A stretch of DNA of 63,323 bases, the filler included, from Sphacelaria rigidula (taxonomy: Eukaryota): NCBI GenBank assembly GCA_964200075.2. It is 5 parts of 5 records of this genome, joined end to end, with 100 filler letters (N's around TTAATTAATTAA, not from the genome) between each part and the next. Parts side by side here need not be neighbours in the genome. Positions count along the whole stretch, not along the records: positions 1 to 12,587 come from CAXNAA020003599.1; 4 more parts are not named here. One strand, 5' to 3'. The notes beneath the pieces are model-generated. The model was not told the DNA's origin, searched no databases, and saw nothing but the letters and a program-made list of their open reading frames with translations. The translations under genes were made by a program, and so were the position numbers. Shown here piece after piece: positions 1 through 12,687 of the stretch (position 1 is the stretch's first letter; every line of letters starts with the position of its first letter).

Positions 1-136
1 CGACGATGCACGGCGGCCGAAGAACGTGAAAGTGACCTGTCGATATTCCTGAAGAAAGTCGCTGTCGTAACCCGGTGGCCGAAGGATCTCTGAAGCGAGG
101 CGTATTTCCTGCCGTGCTGTGTAGGGCAAGGGTTCG

Positions 137-397
137 AGGGTCGGACGAATAATGAGTTGTCTGAAAATTACTTGATTATAGTGTAGGTGTTCCGTACCGC
201 ACAACTCTCCTTGGACTTACTTTCCGCCTTGCACCCCAGGTACAATACGCGCACCCCAGGCGCGTGGAATAGCGAAAAATTTGCGTAGACTTTTTTCACC
301 CGAGGTGGACTTTTTTTTTCTTTTTTTTCTCTCGAGAAATCAGGCCCCATGAATCGTTGATTTGGTTATTCCAATCAGCCATGACTCCTCCGACCCT
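137..397. mobile_element. ~260-bp MITE-like element; related copy at ~48149-48420 and fragment at 25373-25417
   Basis: Imperfect terminal inverted repeats AGGGTCGGACGAATAATG ... CATGACTCCTCCGACCCT. Internal blocks (AAATTACTTG, AATCAGGCC..GATTTGG) recur at the other sites. Confidence 0.5.
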
Positions 398-876
398 TGT
401 GAGGTGGCCGTGCGCCGGGGTGGTATGTAGTAGAATCGAGTACAGAGCAATAGTGATCCCCCGAGTCTTGATGGTGGCTCTCTTGCGTTGAGTTCTTGCT
501 ACCGACGAAACCCGTTACCTGAGGTACCAGCGATTAATCTGTACAGATGTGAGGGTTTCGCGATCTCTCACTCTTGCCACTGTTGGACCAGTTCATGTGA
601 AGTACTCATCTCTGACTTAAAAGTGTACAGAAGTGATCATTATGCATACACATGTCGTTGGACTTCCGCAGTTGGGTCCATGTAACTTAATATCAGAAAT
701 CGTCCGTGTTTTGAGAATTGTAAGCAACAAAAAAGTACCCTACTGATGGCCTTCAAATGGCTATCAACCTAGTATTTTGATAGAGTGTAGTTGTTGACCC
801 TTGCTTACCCTTATTCAGGTTGAAGGTCGGCCTGCTGTTGGCCAACTTTTTTGCACGTCTGTGTCGTCGCTTTTCT

Positions 877-914
877 TGTGTGTGTGTGTGTGTGTGTGTG
901 TTTGTGCGTGTGTT
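877..914. repeat. (TG)n microsatellite just upstream of the b561 exon acceptor
   Basis: Direct TG dinucleotide run. Confidence 0.9.
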
Positions 915-926
915 TGTTTTGTTCAG

Positions 927-3900
927 GCATCCAACCTTCATGTCCGTCGCGTTCGTAGTGCTGATGCCGGAGGGCGTCGTCGCGTATCGAAACCACCTGC
1001 TGCTCGACTCGTTCGGTCCTATCATGCAGCACGGCACCAAGCACAAGAATAGAACCATCCACATGACCTTGCTGGTGCGTAAATGATGGATTGGCCGTCA
1101 GGGATTACAGCATTCGCTGGGGAATCAGGGGAGGGCGTGCTTATGTGTCGCTTGCCTCAGTCCGTTGATCATGGTCTACGCATCCCGTTCGAGACGGAGC
1201 ACCGTCCCTACTCCTCATAGGAACACCTCGAACATTTGGGCGCTCATGAAGTTTTTTTCATGCGCTAAATGAAAACCCTTGACGTATCTTTCCCCCTTCC
1301 CGTTTCGCCGCCTGTGGCCACGGTCTGTCTCCTAGTATAGCGATAATTCTCTCCCCACTATCTAGTGTACCACACGATTTCATACCACCGTTGTTTACTT
1401 CCTACACTCCCTCCTCTAACACGTCTCATTCCTCGCTGTACAGTTCATATTCTGCCACCATATAACTTGTACTCGACATGTTTCTTTGCCACAGAGGCAA
1501 CTCTGTGCGTCTACTTACTCTTCCCCCCGACTAGTGGTACACCTATTACACGTCGTTCTTCTTCCTGACGGATCCATGTCCCCCACCCGAAATCGCACTT
1601 TCAACGTATTCGCGTGGTCCGTCGGGCAGTGCAAACATACCATCATCTTTATCCCTTCCATGAATCCTCCGTAAATCCTCAGGTGTACTTCTTCGTCTAC
1701 TTTCCGTCTTTGCGCTTCTTTCCCCCTTCTTTCTATGATGTCTCTTACTTGAGTCTTGTACACTCCACATTCACCTATGGACATTATCTCGTCTTGGTTG
1801 CTTCCTATATCCTTCCATTCTTTCTCGACTACGCTATCCCACCTTGTTCCAATTTTTCAGCGCAGAGTTGACTTATGTGCCCATTATTTACCCCGGAAGT
1901 CATGGGAAGGTATGAAGCGAGAACCTTCGGGTTATACTGAGCCATGCACAAGCTAAGAAGCTGTATGAAATACAAATGATGTACGACTAGTACAATCTTT
2001 TCATTGAAATGATGGCTCTGGGTTGACTAAGAGTCATCATGTCACATCGCCAAAAATTCTGAAAGCATCGTGTGCGCAGTCGGGACCGTCACCGTTCACA
2101 GTACGGTAGGGTATCACAGTAATGTTCTGTGTTATACTGTGCTGCTCTGCGTTGGGCTTGTTCTGTTGTGGTAAGTGTAGTGAGCCCGTGAGTGTAGTGT
2201 AGTGCAGCGTACAGTGTTGTGTTGTGGGAGAACACAGTACGCTGTCGTGCTGGTTTGTGCGGAACTGTGTCGTGATGTGCTGTAGTGTGTATTGTAGTCT
2301 AGTCTAGTGTAGCGTAGCCTAGCCTAGCCCAGCGTAGTGTATCCGTGTTGCTGTGCTAGGCTTTGTTGGCCCCGGACAAGAAAACCCCTGGTGGGTTCTG
2401 TCAAGGTCCGTTTTTACACAGCAATTGCCAACTGCGGTGAACCACCATACACCACTGCGCAACTTTGTTGACGATGTGCAATCTACCATATCCTCGATGT
2501 TTTTTCCCCGTACTATGGTACCGGCCACATCCCCTTCGCTGTCGGTTAGTCTGAAGCACACAGAAGTGAATAGTGCTTCGTGTACCGGCACGGCGGAGCA
2601 AATCGTACAGGTGCTTTCAGTACAATATTGCGTGTTGCCTTCCTGTGAGGGCCCAACACATCAGCATACGACCACGCCGTCGATGGTTCTTGATTGGAAG
2701 AACGCATCTTTCCACCATTACGCAGAGGTGCCGCTCGTGCACGGTACTAAACAGCCGCGGCGAACTACCGCGCCTCCTTGTACCTGCCGGATCTGGTGTC
2801 ATGTTGACTCGCCATGATACGCAAGCAATCATGCTGTATAAACCATTGGTCCGCTGAGTCGAGGGTGGATTACACATATGCAGCGCATTACGCATGGGAA
2901 AAAAATAGGCGTGATACAGGCCCCATGAACATGAAGTGGCAGAATTCAACTCTTTGCCGAGTGTTGGTGCCACATTCACTCGAGGGTGGATAACATATAA
3001 CATATTGTGCAGTGCAGGCATCTTGCGCGCATTGCAGGCTTGAGAAAAGTCTGTGTGGTTCAGGCCCCATGACTGCAGATTAATTAACCTTGTTGACTTA
3101 GGTAGGTCCCGCATTCATCCGAAGGTGGGAAACATATACGGGCGCTCACGTCGAACTTGTCGCACATGGCGTGCATGTACAAGCCATTCACGCCTTGAGT
3201 CACGAAGAAGGGTTGACTGCGTGAATTACATCACGCCTTGAGTCATGAAGAAGGGCTGACTGTGTGAAATACAACTGATGTACGAACCGCATGATTTATT
3301 CATTGAGATGATGACTTTGAGTTGACTCACGAGTTGATTTGTCCTAACCGTGCAACTATGGCTGGCAACCTTTTTCTTGGCATGTTCGTTGCGCTATCAT
3401 GCCGTTTCAATTTCCCAAGGTTTCTATCTGGTTCACGTGGGTACATTCCGAATGCTGCTCTTGATACTGTATTTCTCGTCGTTTTTAGGCATCCAAGTAT
3501 TTTCTTAGCTGCTGTCATTTGTGCTGGCATGCAAGTATTCAGTACTTGAGGTCTAGCGCAGCAGCCTTTGTTCATTAGTCACCTGACAATGATGGGTGAA
3601 GATGGGGAACAAAGAAGTAAGCATATGTAGGGGGGCACATGACCCGTCCACCCAGCTCATATATATATATAATTATATTTTTCATCTCACACTTGTATTC
3701 AGGAAAATATTTGTACCGTATACTTCCTATCGAATACCACTTTACGCAAGTATTCTATTCGTGGAAACATGGAACAAAATCATCCTGAAGTATATTGTTC
3801 GTGCACAGAGATCCAAAATATGAACACTCTCCCTTCGGCGTTTGGTGTAACAAAAAAATCCGCTTGAAATGTTTTACCAAAAAACTCGAAACCAAAAACG

Positions 3901-6900
3901 TACAGTCACTCTTTAACCAGCAAGAAATTTCTGCGAGCTATCAATGCTTCACGGGGCAGCGCCTTTGTAAAAATGTCAGCGTGCTGATTTTCATTATTTA
4001 CGTGCTCCACCAATATCTTTGTTTCTCTACGAACCCTCTAAGAAAATGGTAGCGTGCATCAACATGTTTACTATTCGACGAACTGATTGGATCCTCTGCT
4101 AATGCAATCGCTCCCTCGTCGTCTTCTAACACCCTGATGCCCTTCAATTTCTTGCCTGGTAGAAGAAACTCTACTACTTCATTACCAAACAAGGCTTATT
4201 TCATTCCGTCGCCCATCGGTACATACGCTACTTCTGTGGTTGGAGTAAACACACATTTCTGCCTCCTAGAAAACCAGGGTACTGGTGAACTACCACATAA
4301 CACTGCACCACCGGATACCGACCGCCGCGCCGCGTCTTCCTTGCCGTAATCCACATCTACCTATGCTGTCGTTCTCACGTCTACATGTGATCCTGCGTGA
4401 TACGTGAGTCCCAAATTTGCAGTTGCATGAAGATACTGTAGAATCTTCTCGGTTGCTTTCCAGTGAATTTCCTTCGGGTCATGAGAATGTCGCGCCACCT
4501 CTTTTACTGCGTCAGCGATGTCAGGTCGAGTCCGGTTGGCGATCCAGATCAAGCGCCCCACCACTTCGTGAAACGGAACATTTTTTACGTCATTGTTGTC
4601 TCTCACGGACCTGAGGTTCACGGACGGAGAAGCAGGGAGAGAGCTGCAGCGAAAAAATCATCTCGTTCGAGCACACTTCTAATATACCTTGTTTGCGATA
4701 ACTCAATGACCCCCTTCTCCCTATTACGTTTGTACTCTACCCCCGTGTACCACGCGAAATCTACCAAGTATGTTGTCGGTAGTCTATCGTTTAGAACGTC
4801 GACCACTGTCCTGCTCACACTCCTTGACCCCCCCCCCCCAATAATTTCATCAACGTGCAAAACCACCGCCCCTACCGAGTTACCATCAATTACCAAGCGC
4901 ACTATGCACGGGTCTGACAGACACTGCTCATACTCAATTTCCATGAGCCTTCACGCTAACAGCTTGCAAAATTGTCTGGCTCTTTGTTTCAAACTGTTGG
5001 CGCTTTATTCAGGAGAACGATTTTGCCTGTCGTTGATCCGCAATCGGGGGGTAGTTTCATATACACTTCATCGTCCAATTTTGACTGTATGATATGCCTG
5101 TTCTACGTCGAAATGACTTAGATCCCATCCATGTATGTTCGCCAACGCTACAGGAATACGAAGTGTTGCAGCACTTGCGGTAGGTGAAAATACCCCTAGA
5201 AAATCAATCTGATACCGCTGACTAAATCCCTTTACTATTAACCTAGTTTTAGAGCCTAGCTTTTGCCTTCAAAATTTCGCCGTTGACACCTGTTTTCCAC
5301 TTGAAAACCCATTCAGCGTCTACTATATTCCTGCCTTCTGCAAATGACCCTACTAACGCAAATGTCCCTGCAGCTAGTAACCCTCCTAACTCTAAGTTAA
5401 TAGCCTCCTCCCAGGGTTCAGCATGTATAGAGGCGCGGGCTTCGGCAATTGTTGTTGGCTCTGGCTCGGCGGCCTTGGTAGGACATGCAAGTATCTCGCT
5501 CGATATCTTGCACGGCCTTCGCTCAGCAATCAGCACGCGCAAAATCTGGTCCCCGCTGATGGATCCCAGGGTGGCCAACAAACCGGTCGCTTGCTGTTGA
5601 TTCAGCGCCCGCGTGTGATCTTTCATCGGAAGATGATGATGATTCGCTGTTGGATGATGATGGTGATGAAGATGGATTTTTGCTTGATGATGAGGCCAAT
5701 GGTTATGGAAGATCAATTGGCAACGTAACGTCTATGTCGTTGAGCGCACTCATCTGTTATGGACTGTTCTCTACCGTCTGAGACGGTACTCGCACACGGG
5801 GTACTCCTCTTCCTGTCAACGGCCATATTCCCGCTGAGTCGTCGTCGCAGTGCCCATCCCCCCTTCCTGTTGCCGTTTCCTCCGTTAAAAGAGATTGCGG
5901 TGGCGGCAAATATTGCGGCGGTGCCTTCCAGGTGACATCTCGAGTCTCAATGACTTTCCCTTCCCGCGTCAACACACGGTAGGAATCGCGTCGATGTTCA
6001 AGTGAAGGCCCTAGGTAGAAGCAGCTCTCAGCTTTGGGCAAGTGAGTTCGATGGCCCCTTCCATCGACAGTAAGCAGACTCGAGGAAGGGGTGTGGTTTA
6101 GCCGGCGTAGCCGTGCCGAACCGCATCTCGTTCGGTGATTTGTTGTCGGGGTTTGAAGTCGAAGCGGTGTAATAGAGCTGTTTACACGCCCAATGCATGG
6201 CCTCGGCCCACAGCTTGTCGGTTATGGGAAGCTGGACGTGGCCGAACAAGACCTTAGCCTGAATCCTGGCCGCCGTTGCTGTTGCTTCGCTGATACCTAG
6301 ACCGCGCTCTGCTACGCCGTTGAACTGGGGACTGTCTGCGGGTGTGAATTCTTGCGTAATCAAAAGTAGCGCATACTGATCTCAACTTATTTCCGGAAAA
6401 TGCCCCTCCATTATCAGATCGTACTCTGTGTACTGTTGAAGGAAAGCCGTCAGCTCGTACGTTCGCGAGGAAACAGTTGAAAGCCAAATCAGAACCAGAC
6501 TTCCTTGTAAAAAAATACAGCCAATATTTTCGATTGTAGCCATCCTGGACGATCATTGCCAAATGTTCTTACCCCAGCGAGGCCACATTCTTTTCATCTT
6601 GTACATCTCCGAAAACTCCACCAAGCATGTTTTGAGCTCTATTCTCAGCTTGACGAGGAACACCCTTTCCGTATCCTTTGCCATTGAGCATGCAGTGCAT
6701 GCGTGCATTTGTCCTTCAAGTGTAACATTAAGTTTTCGAGCGGTATGCTTCAAGAAGGTTTCGTCAGCATGATCGTAAATACAGTGGAACAGATTGATAT
6801 CCGTAATGAATTTTGGAGGGGGGATTCGATGGCATGGGTGCTGGTAAAGCAGAAGCATCATGTTGCTCTCCGAGTTGATATGGTATGACCAATGACATAC

Positions 6901-9164
6901 CATCCCGCTTTGCAAATGTCACACTTCCGTTGAATGTAGTCATTACACCATCTGGACCACCTCAACGGTCCTAACTGTTAGCACCAAATTCCTCACTGGA
7001 TGAGATAAGGTTGTATCCGATATTAGGCCCGCACAGTACATCTTTCAATTCTGCAACGTACTCATTCTCCTCTGTTTTAAAAACTGTTAGATTACCCTTC
7101 AACGAAACATCACATGTTACGCCTCCTACCCCTGTTACGCTGAAATTTACCGGTCTGAGATCTCTCATACATCTCAAGGAATCGGTTCAATGCCGAGATG
7201 CACAAGTATTACCGTACCACTTTTCATGAAAAGGTCTGGAAACAGAAGCAGCCACTGCTCTCAATTTGACAAGCTTCCCACTGTCGCTCTTGAACTCCGC
7301 CACAGTCTCCTTGGATGGAGCCTTCATCACCCGGGCTTGGCAATACCGAGGCATGTGCGAAAGACCACAGCGAAAACATTCGGACGGCTTTCTGTTCTCC
7401 TGGTTTCGGGAACTGGTTCTACCCGATTTGCTGCCTTCATTTCTGCTCGTATCTATACCATTGGCAACCAGTGCCTGCCCATTCTGTTTTCCCATTCTTC
7501 CTTTTACTGATAGATCTAGGTACCTGTCCCATGCATGTTTCTTTATGACCTCTCTATTACGAGGGTAAATGATCCTCATGTTTTCTTTTACGTTGTTGTA
7601 TTCACGCATGAATCCATTCAGCATCAAAGAGCATACTACAACTATCCTCTTTCTCCACTCCTAGCATGGGAAATACACCGAGAACTTCGTTGAGCTGCAA
7701 GAATGTGTGAGGGTCTTCCCCGTGTTTCATCTGTGGGCTATCCTAGCAGCTGGATGGGTTGCAGGACCCAGGTCTTCTAATCCTGCTGATACCGCCCGGA
7801 CACCTGCGGTTGCAAAGCCGCAGGTATCCTGTCGGTGACGTCTGCAACACGTTCCCCGGCATACTCCACAGTTGTTGCTCCCCGCGCGCTAACCCCTGTG
7901 GAGGACTCCTCGCGACCCACACCCTGGTCGCTGTTTCCCCCCTGTGCCCGTGTACTGAGCTCAACGACATTCTTCAAGTCATTCATCATTTTCTTGGGAT
8001 TTATCATTTTCGCTCTGTGGACGGGCAAGGTCTTCATCCCGTGTAGTTGAGGAGCTACTGCCGCCTACTTGGCTCCCAGGCGTAGAAATCATGCCACAGG
8101 TGATCAATCTGTGCTGTCGGCCGAATCGCTAGCGTATTCAGTACTTGAGGTTTACCGCGGGCAGCTTTTGTCCATTAACCAAGGACGGTCGCCTGACAAT
8201 GATGGGTGAAGATGAGAAACACAAAAATGAGCTTGGTAGGGGAGCATATGCATCGTTCATCCAGCTTATCCATTTTTCATCATATTATTCTACTCACACT
8301 TGTATTCAGGAAGACCGTTCTACTGTACGTACACTTCCTATCGAACACCGCTTTACACATATATTCTATTCCTAGATATATGGAACAAAATCATCCTGAA
8401 GTATATTGTTGGTGCACAAAGAACCAAAATATGAACAGCAAGGACTCGGAAGGCAATATATTGCTTGCCTTGAGCACCATTCGTTGAAAGTTGCGTGCGA
8501 AAGTGACGTCTGGGTGCTAGAGTAAGAGCTTCTGGGCGATCGTTTTTTTTGTCGACGTGTGCTTCAATTCCTAATGTGATGTGATATTATTTATAATTGA
8601 TTCATTATTATTATCACCATATATTTGTTAGTACTACTGTTGTTACCGATTACTAATCGTTTTCCTTGTTACTGTCTACGAAGTGTTTATTATTCTTATT
8701 TTTACCATTTCCATATGATATTTTGTTACCAAATACTCGTTGCTGTTACCAAATCTTTATTATTTTTGTCACCATTTATTATTATCTTTATTGATATAAT
8801 TTACTTATAATTGTGTTTGTTATCATTTATATGTCAGTTGTTGCGGTTACCTTTTTTTTTTTATCTTCTATCACCGTTTGCCCATCATTCGTGTTACCAC
8901 TTCTATCAATGTTTTTGTTGTTGATGGTGTTGATGGTGCTGATGTGAGGTTGATATTTCGCGTGAAGAACAAGCGGAGGTGAAATAACGGCGGCGATACA
9001 GCAGGAGCAAGAGTGAATTATGGAATCCCCCTTGTCATTGCTGTGCGTTGCAGGTGCTATCTTCCATGTTTGCTGGACTGGGCTTGGTATTTATTTTGGC
9101 GAACAAAATTTTAACGGGGAAGAGCCTTGCGCCACACTCGCTGCACGGGTACATCGGCATCATC
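927..9164 (+). CDS. Cytochrome b561 domain protein (CYB561D1/D2-like), partial: exons 927-1074 and 9054-9164; other exons not found on this contig
   Basis: Exon 927-1074 (ttcag|...|gtgcgt) reads (W)HPTFMSVAFVVLMPEGVVAYRNHLLLDSFGPIMQHGTKHKNRTIHMTLL. Exon 9054-9164 (ttgcag|...|gtgagt) continues in phase 0 as VLSSMFAGLGLVFILANKILTGKSLAPHSLHGYIGII. The WHP..M, R.IH and SLHG..G motifs supply three of the four heme-ligand His of the b561 family. Confidence 0.8.
1090..1860 (-). mobile_element. Decayed 3' end of a non-LTR retrotransposon (LINE), C-terminal part of the RT ORF plus 3' end
   Basis: Minus strand gives frameshifted RWDSVVEKEWKDIG..IMSIGECG..LRIYGG..TLKVRFRVGDMD. The 3' end matches a second copy at ~35320-35400 (+). 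Confidence 0.7.
2100..2360. repeat. Degenerate (GTGTA/GTGTT/GCCTA) pentamer low-complexity tract
   Basis: Visible gtgtagtgtagtg and tagcctagcctag periodicity. Confidence 0.7.
3340..3530 (-). mobile_element. LINE fragment (post-RT region)
   Basis: QMTAAKKILGCLKTTRNTVSRAAFGMYP..MPRKRLPAIV is the segment expected just upstream of the 1090-1860 piece. Confidence 0.65.
3536..8437 (-). mobile_element. Ty1/Copia LTR retrotransposon with both LTRs, degenerate (multiple frameshifts and stops), inside the b561 intron
   Basis: 5' LTR 8135-8437 and 3' LTR 3536-3826. Exact 5-bp TSD GCAAG at 3531-3535 and 8438-8442. PPT GAAGGGAGAG abuts the 3' LTR. Domain order is gag (CFRCGLSHMPRYC knuckle), PR (WYGNTCASRH), IN (RSDNGGAF, PQFNGVAER), RT (WVFKWK..KAKARL, LHVDEII), RNaseH (EDDEGAIALAEDPISSSNSKHVDARYHFLR). 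Confidence 0.95.
8575..8960. repeat. AT-rich low-complexity tract of TTA/TTG/ATT triplets
   Basis: Strong T-rich trinucleotide periodicity. Confidence 0.7.
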
Positions 9165-9924
9165 GTGAGTATCGAATCCGTCAAGTTTGGCTAATGTCTC
9201 CGATGAGGATTTTGTTGTCGTCACCACTTACTTGGATATAAAATGCATGCACATGTAACCAATGACAGGAGCAGGGCAGAGTAAGTCAAGGCCTCGCTAG
9301 TGCAGTATAACAAGCTAAGTTCTTCTGAGTGCTGTTTTATGGACCGGTCTTTTTTATGTACTGAAAGTCTGGCCGTTACCCATATATATACATATGTATT
9401 TCATATTACATTAGTATTGATGTGAGAACCCCCACGTCGAAGGAAAACATTCCCACAAGTGTCCGTCGATAAATCACGTTTTCACATTGGCGACACCATG
9501 AGATAACTCGGACGTTTCATGAACAGGAGGTCCCGGGTTCTTATCCCGACTCCCACCAAAATAGCAACTTGAAGTTCATATGGAACGAAAAGGGCGTACA
9601 ACTGGTGGACCACACAACTGGTGGGATGACTGCGAAGCAGAGTTCAACGACTCACGGAAAATGTACTGTGGAAATTGTTGGCTTGGGAATATGTCACACG
9701 TGGAAGACATGTGATAATGGTGAGCGTCCTTGCGGCTAGCCGGCGAAAAAGATGACTCCTGCAAAGCTTGTTCTCGATATAAGGACGTAATAAATACGCC
9801 TGTTGAAGGGAGGGTGATGTGGGAACCACTGCTTAGGAGGGAAGAGTTTTCATAAGTGTCCGTCGAGGGATTACCTTTCACATTTCATGTATGATCGTGA
9901 TTTTCATCATCTTGTATATATATA

Positions 9925-10094
9925 CAAGGTTCCCCTTCGGGAGGTCGGTACGTCCTCCCGGAGGTGACGCAAGTCGAAAGTAAAGAATATACTTCGTACG
10001 AGTATGCCTTTTCAGTGCGCTGCAAAAGAAGGCGTGGGGAAAAATGCCTTGCTGGCAGAGAAAACTCGGCAAAAGTGGTGAACATGTGAAATGA
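9925..10094 (-). mobile_element. Internally deleted copy of the Helitron-like family seen at 53741-54631
   Basis: The reverse complement joins the 5' end (TCATTTCAC..TTTTGCCGAG) directly to the 3' end (GGGAGG..CCTCCC hairpin, then GAACCTTG|T). Confidence 0.6.
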
Positions 10095-11334
10095 TACATG
10101 TACATAATACACATGGGTTGAATGAAGGGAGAAAAAGCACGCGAGTCATCGCTTTGTCCGCTTCGATCGAGGAAGTGTATATTGCCCTCCGCGAAAAATA
10201 AACAGACGTGGACAAACAAACACAACTGATGAGGGAGCCTCCAATTACATAAAACGATGTTTTCGTGAGATCGAGAGTAGAGGATACGGTTGAGAAGGAA
10301 AAGCGGTCAATTAGTGATTTAATCGTTTCAGTTCCGAAATATCCCTCCGCGAGGCCCTTACCGAAGCAGCGGGCTAACTCACAGTTACTAACCTGCCAAG
10401 CACCGGCATAGAGATGATCCTGTGGAGTCAGTGTTGCGCCAAAAGCAAAAACGTTTTTTCGGAACAAAATCTAACCGTTTTGCCCTCTAGTGCGCACTGC
10501 TATCGCACAGCACCAGATATATCGACTTGGAACTGTTGACTGTGGTTTGCACAGCCTATGAGCGATGTTTCAGCACCTCGCAGCGGCTGCAGCGCGCTTA
10601 GGGCCGTGCGCCATGAAGTGCGCAGCTCAACAGACTGTATACCGATCGGTGCACTACAGATGGTCATGATCCAGAAAGGACCGCGGTACAGACCGGCGCC
10701 TGTTTACTACCGCGTCGGCCGTCCAGTCGATCAACATGCCTAAGTTTATGCATCTGCCCATGCATATATGCATTCGCCTATAGTGCGACACTGGTAGACC
10801 TAAAGAAATGTACATGAACAACGATTGGTACTCGATTTGACTTGGTTTCAGACTACAGAAAGTTCTGATGGAAATCATGATTTGGGGCAGGTGAGTAGTG
10901 GTGAGCAGTAGAACCAGGTCGTCCAGAACGTGTTTTGGTCCAAAATCGGCTCGAAGGCGTCGATTTGAGCTCTCGAAAGGCGTCGATTCGAGTTCTCGTA
11001 ACGAACGCTTTAGCTGCGAAACTGCACCCCCCTTGCCCGAGAGTTCTCGGTATGCCTTGGTCGATGTTAGTGCTAGGGTTAGCGTTAGGGTTGGTGGCAT
11101 CTGCATAAGCACCAACCATTGTTTACGTACATTTCTTCAAGCCCCCTCGGTGAAGTACTTGTGCAGGGGTGCATCCTTGTCTAAAGGACATCCTTGCGCC
11201 GGTACTTCACAAAGGTGCATCCTTTGAGGAAACTCTCTGTTACGGGTTGCATGACCACAGGAATTTGTTCACCCCCCTGCGCTTGTCGAGCACAACTGCG
11301 ACCGACAGTGAGGACGTTTGCCCACGTGTGTGCC

Positions 11335-11766
11335 TGGTTCAAGTCGCCAACAGCTCATTGCACGGTCTTGGTTTTGCTGGTGACTAGGGCGAAGGCAATG
11401 TTCAATTGTTTTCAACTGCTTTGCTTTCATGTTCTTGTGACATTCGCTACACAACCGCTGTCTTCGTACTCCCGAATCAACGAGAACGCAAAGAAATACC
11501 CCGCCATGAACAGGCTTTTGTGGTTCGGGTTCTTGTTTGAAGTTTTCCATGATGAGGCTTTTGTGGTTCGGGATCGACACCCCGCGAAGAAGAGCCAGTT
11601 TGAGCGACTTTCGGTGGCCAGAACACGCGCCACAGGTATCAGATGACACCCAAACCTGAAAGGTAATGTACCACTGCACCTTCTTCGTGCACTGCAAAAG
11701 AAAGCGCGTGATAAGATGCCTTGCCGCCTGAGGAAACTCGGCAAAAGTAGTGAAAAAGTGAAATGA
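11335..11766 (-). mobile_element. 5' part of the same Helitron-like family
   Basis: The reverse complement aligns by eye with 53741-54230. Confidence 0.65.
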
Positions 11767-11807
11767 TACATGTACATATATATACAAGCTGTTCGAGACC
11801 GAGGCTA

Positions 11808-12050
11808 CCGCCCCGGTCCCGTCCGTCTTCTTCGAGGGTCACGGTATTCATACCTTGCCAAGCTCTCGTGAGAAATAATTAATGCGTCGCACGAGTCATT
11901 GCTCGTCGAAACGAGTGCACTCGTGGATATTCTGAAAACACAACGAGCATGACTCGTGTGCTCAAGTCATTATTTGCCGCCCCGGTCCCGTCCGTCTTCT
12001 TGGAGGGTTGCAGTATTCTTATTTTGCCAAGCTCTAGTGAGAAATGATTC
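11808..12050. repeat. ~72-bp direct duplication (11808-11880 and 11977-12050) flanking a repeat also present inverted at ~15015-15135
   Basis: CCGCCCCGGTCCCGTCCGTCTTCTT..CCAAGCTCT.GTGAGAAAT occurs twice. The spacer ACGAGTGCACTCGT..ACGAGCATGACTCG recurs in ISCU intron 1. Confidence 0.7.
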
Positions 12051-12587
12051 TCGGTAACAGTTTTATGTTCATGGAAGAAACAAGACGTCGTACAAGAAAG
12101 AGTCCTGCATTGCGGGTGGAACGATGAGGAAAAGTGCATACGAAAAGATTGCAGCGGGACTGAGTAAGAGGGCAACGGTCGATATGTCGTAGAATTGCCT
12201 CCGCTCGCACCGATGTCTTCGGTGTTATTGTGTTTGTGTACAGAGAAGACGATGTTGGTTGGTGGAAGTGGGAAGGGATGGTATTATGATGATGGGAACA
12301 AAATTTGCGAGACGAGGATCAGGACCGCGGGCATGAATATTGAGAGAGAGTGTGGAGATTGCAGTGGAAGACAAAATCGACTCCCGGTCGAGAGTGCCCC
12401 CAAAAACCCCTCCGAGACCGTATGTACCCCCCCTCGGGCGGTCGTGGTATTTTTAATTTTTTCACATCAAGAAACACTCAATAAATGGCAATTTTAGGGC
12501 GACTTGGGTGAGGTAGCGCTCATGACTGTTGGCCCTATCTGCCACCACAACATTGGATGCAAACTGGCGGTGCAGATAGATGCGTTT

Positions 12588-12687
12588 NNNNNNNNNNNNN
12601 NNNNNNNNNNNNNNNNNNNNNNNNNNNNNNNTTAATTAATTAANNNNNNNNNNNNNNNNNNNNNNNNNNNNNNNNNNNNNNNNNNNN
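12588..12687. other. Artificial contig linker (N44-TTAATTAATTAA-N44)
   Basis: 100-nt spacer with stops in all six frames, repeated four times in the window. Confidence 0.97.

Noticed and set aside
9500-9558. tRNA-like 3' half (GGTCCCGGGTTCTTATCCCGACTCCCACCA)
   Set aside because: The T-loop is degenerate and there is no recognisable D arm or acceptor pairing; at most a SINE or tRNA relic.
10852-10890. Possible further b561 exon (cag|39 nt|gtgagt)
   Set aside because: Splice signals are good, but the peptide TTESSDGNHDLGQ does not fit the expected transmembrane continuation.
11073-11093. Telomeric TTAGGG-like repeats
   Set aside because: Only about three degenerate internal units.
12240-12250. 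U6 snRNA ACAGAGAAGA box
   Set aside because: The flanking U6 sequence is absent; chance match.
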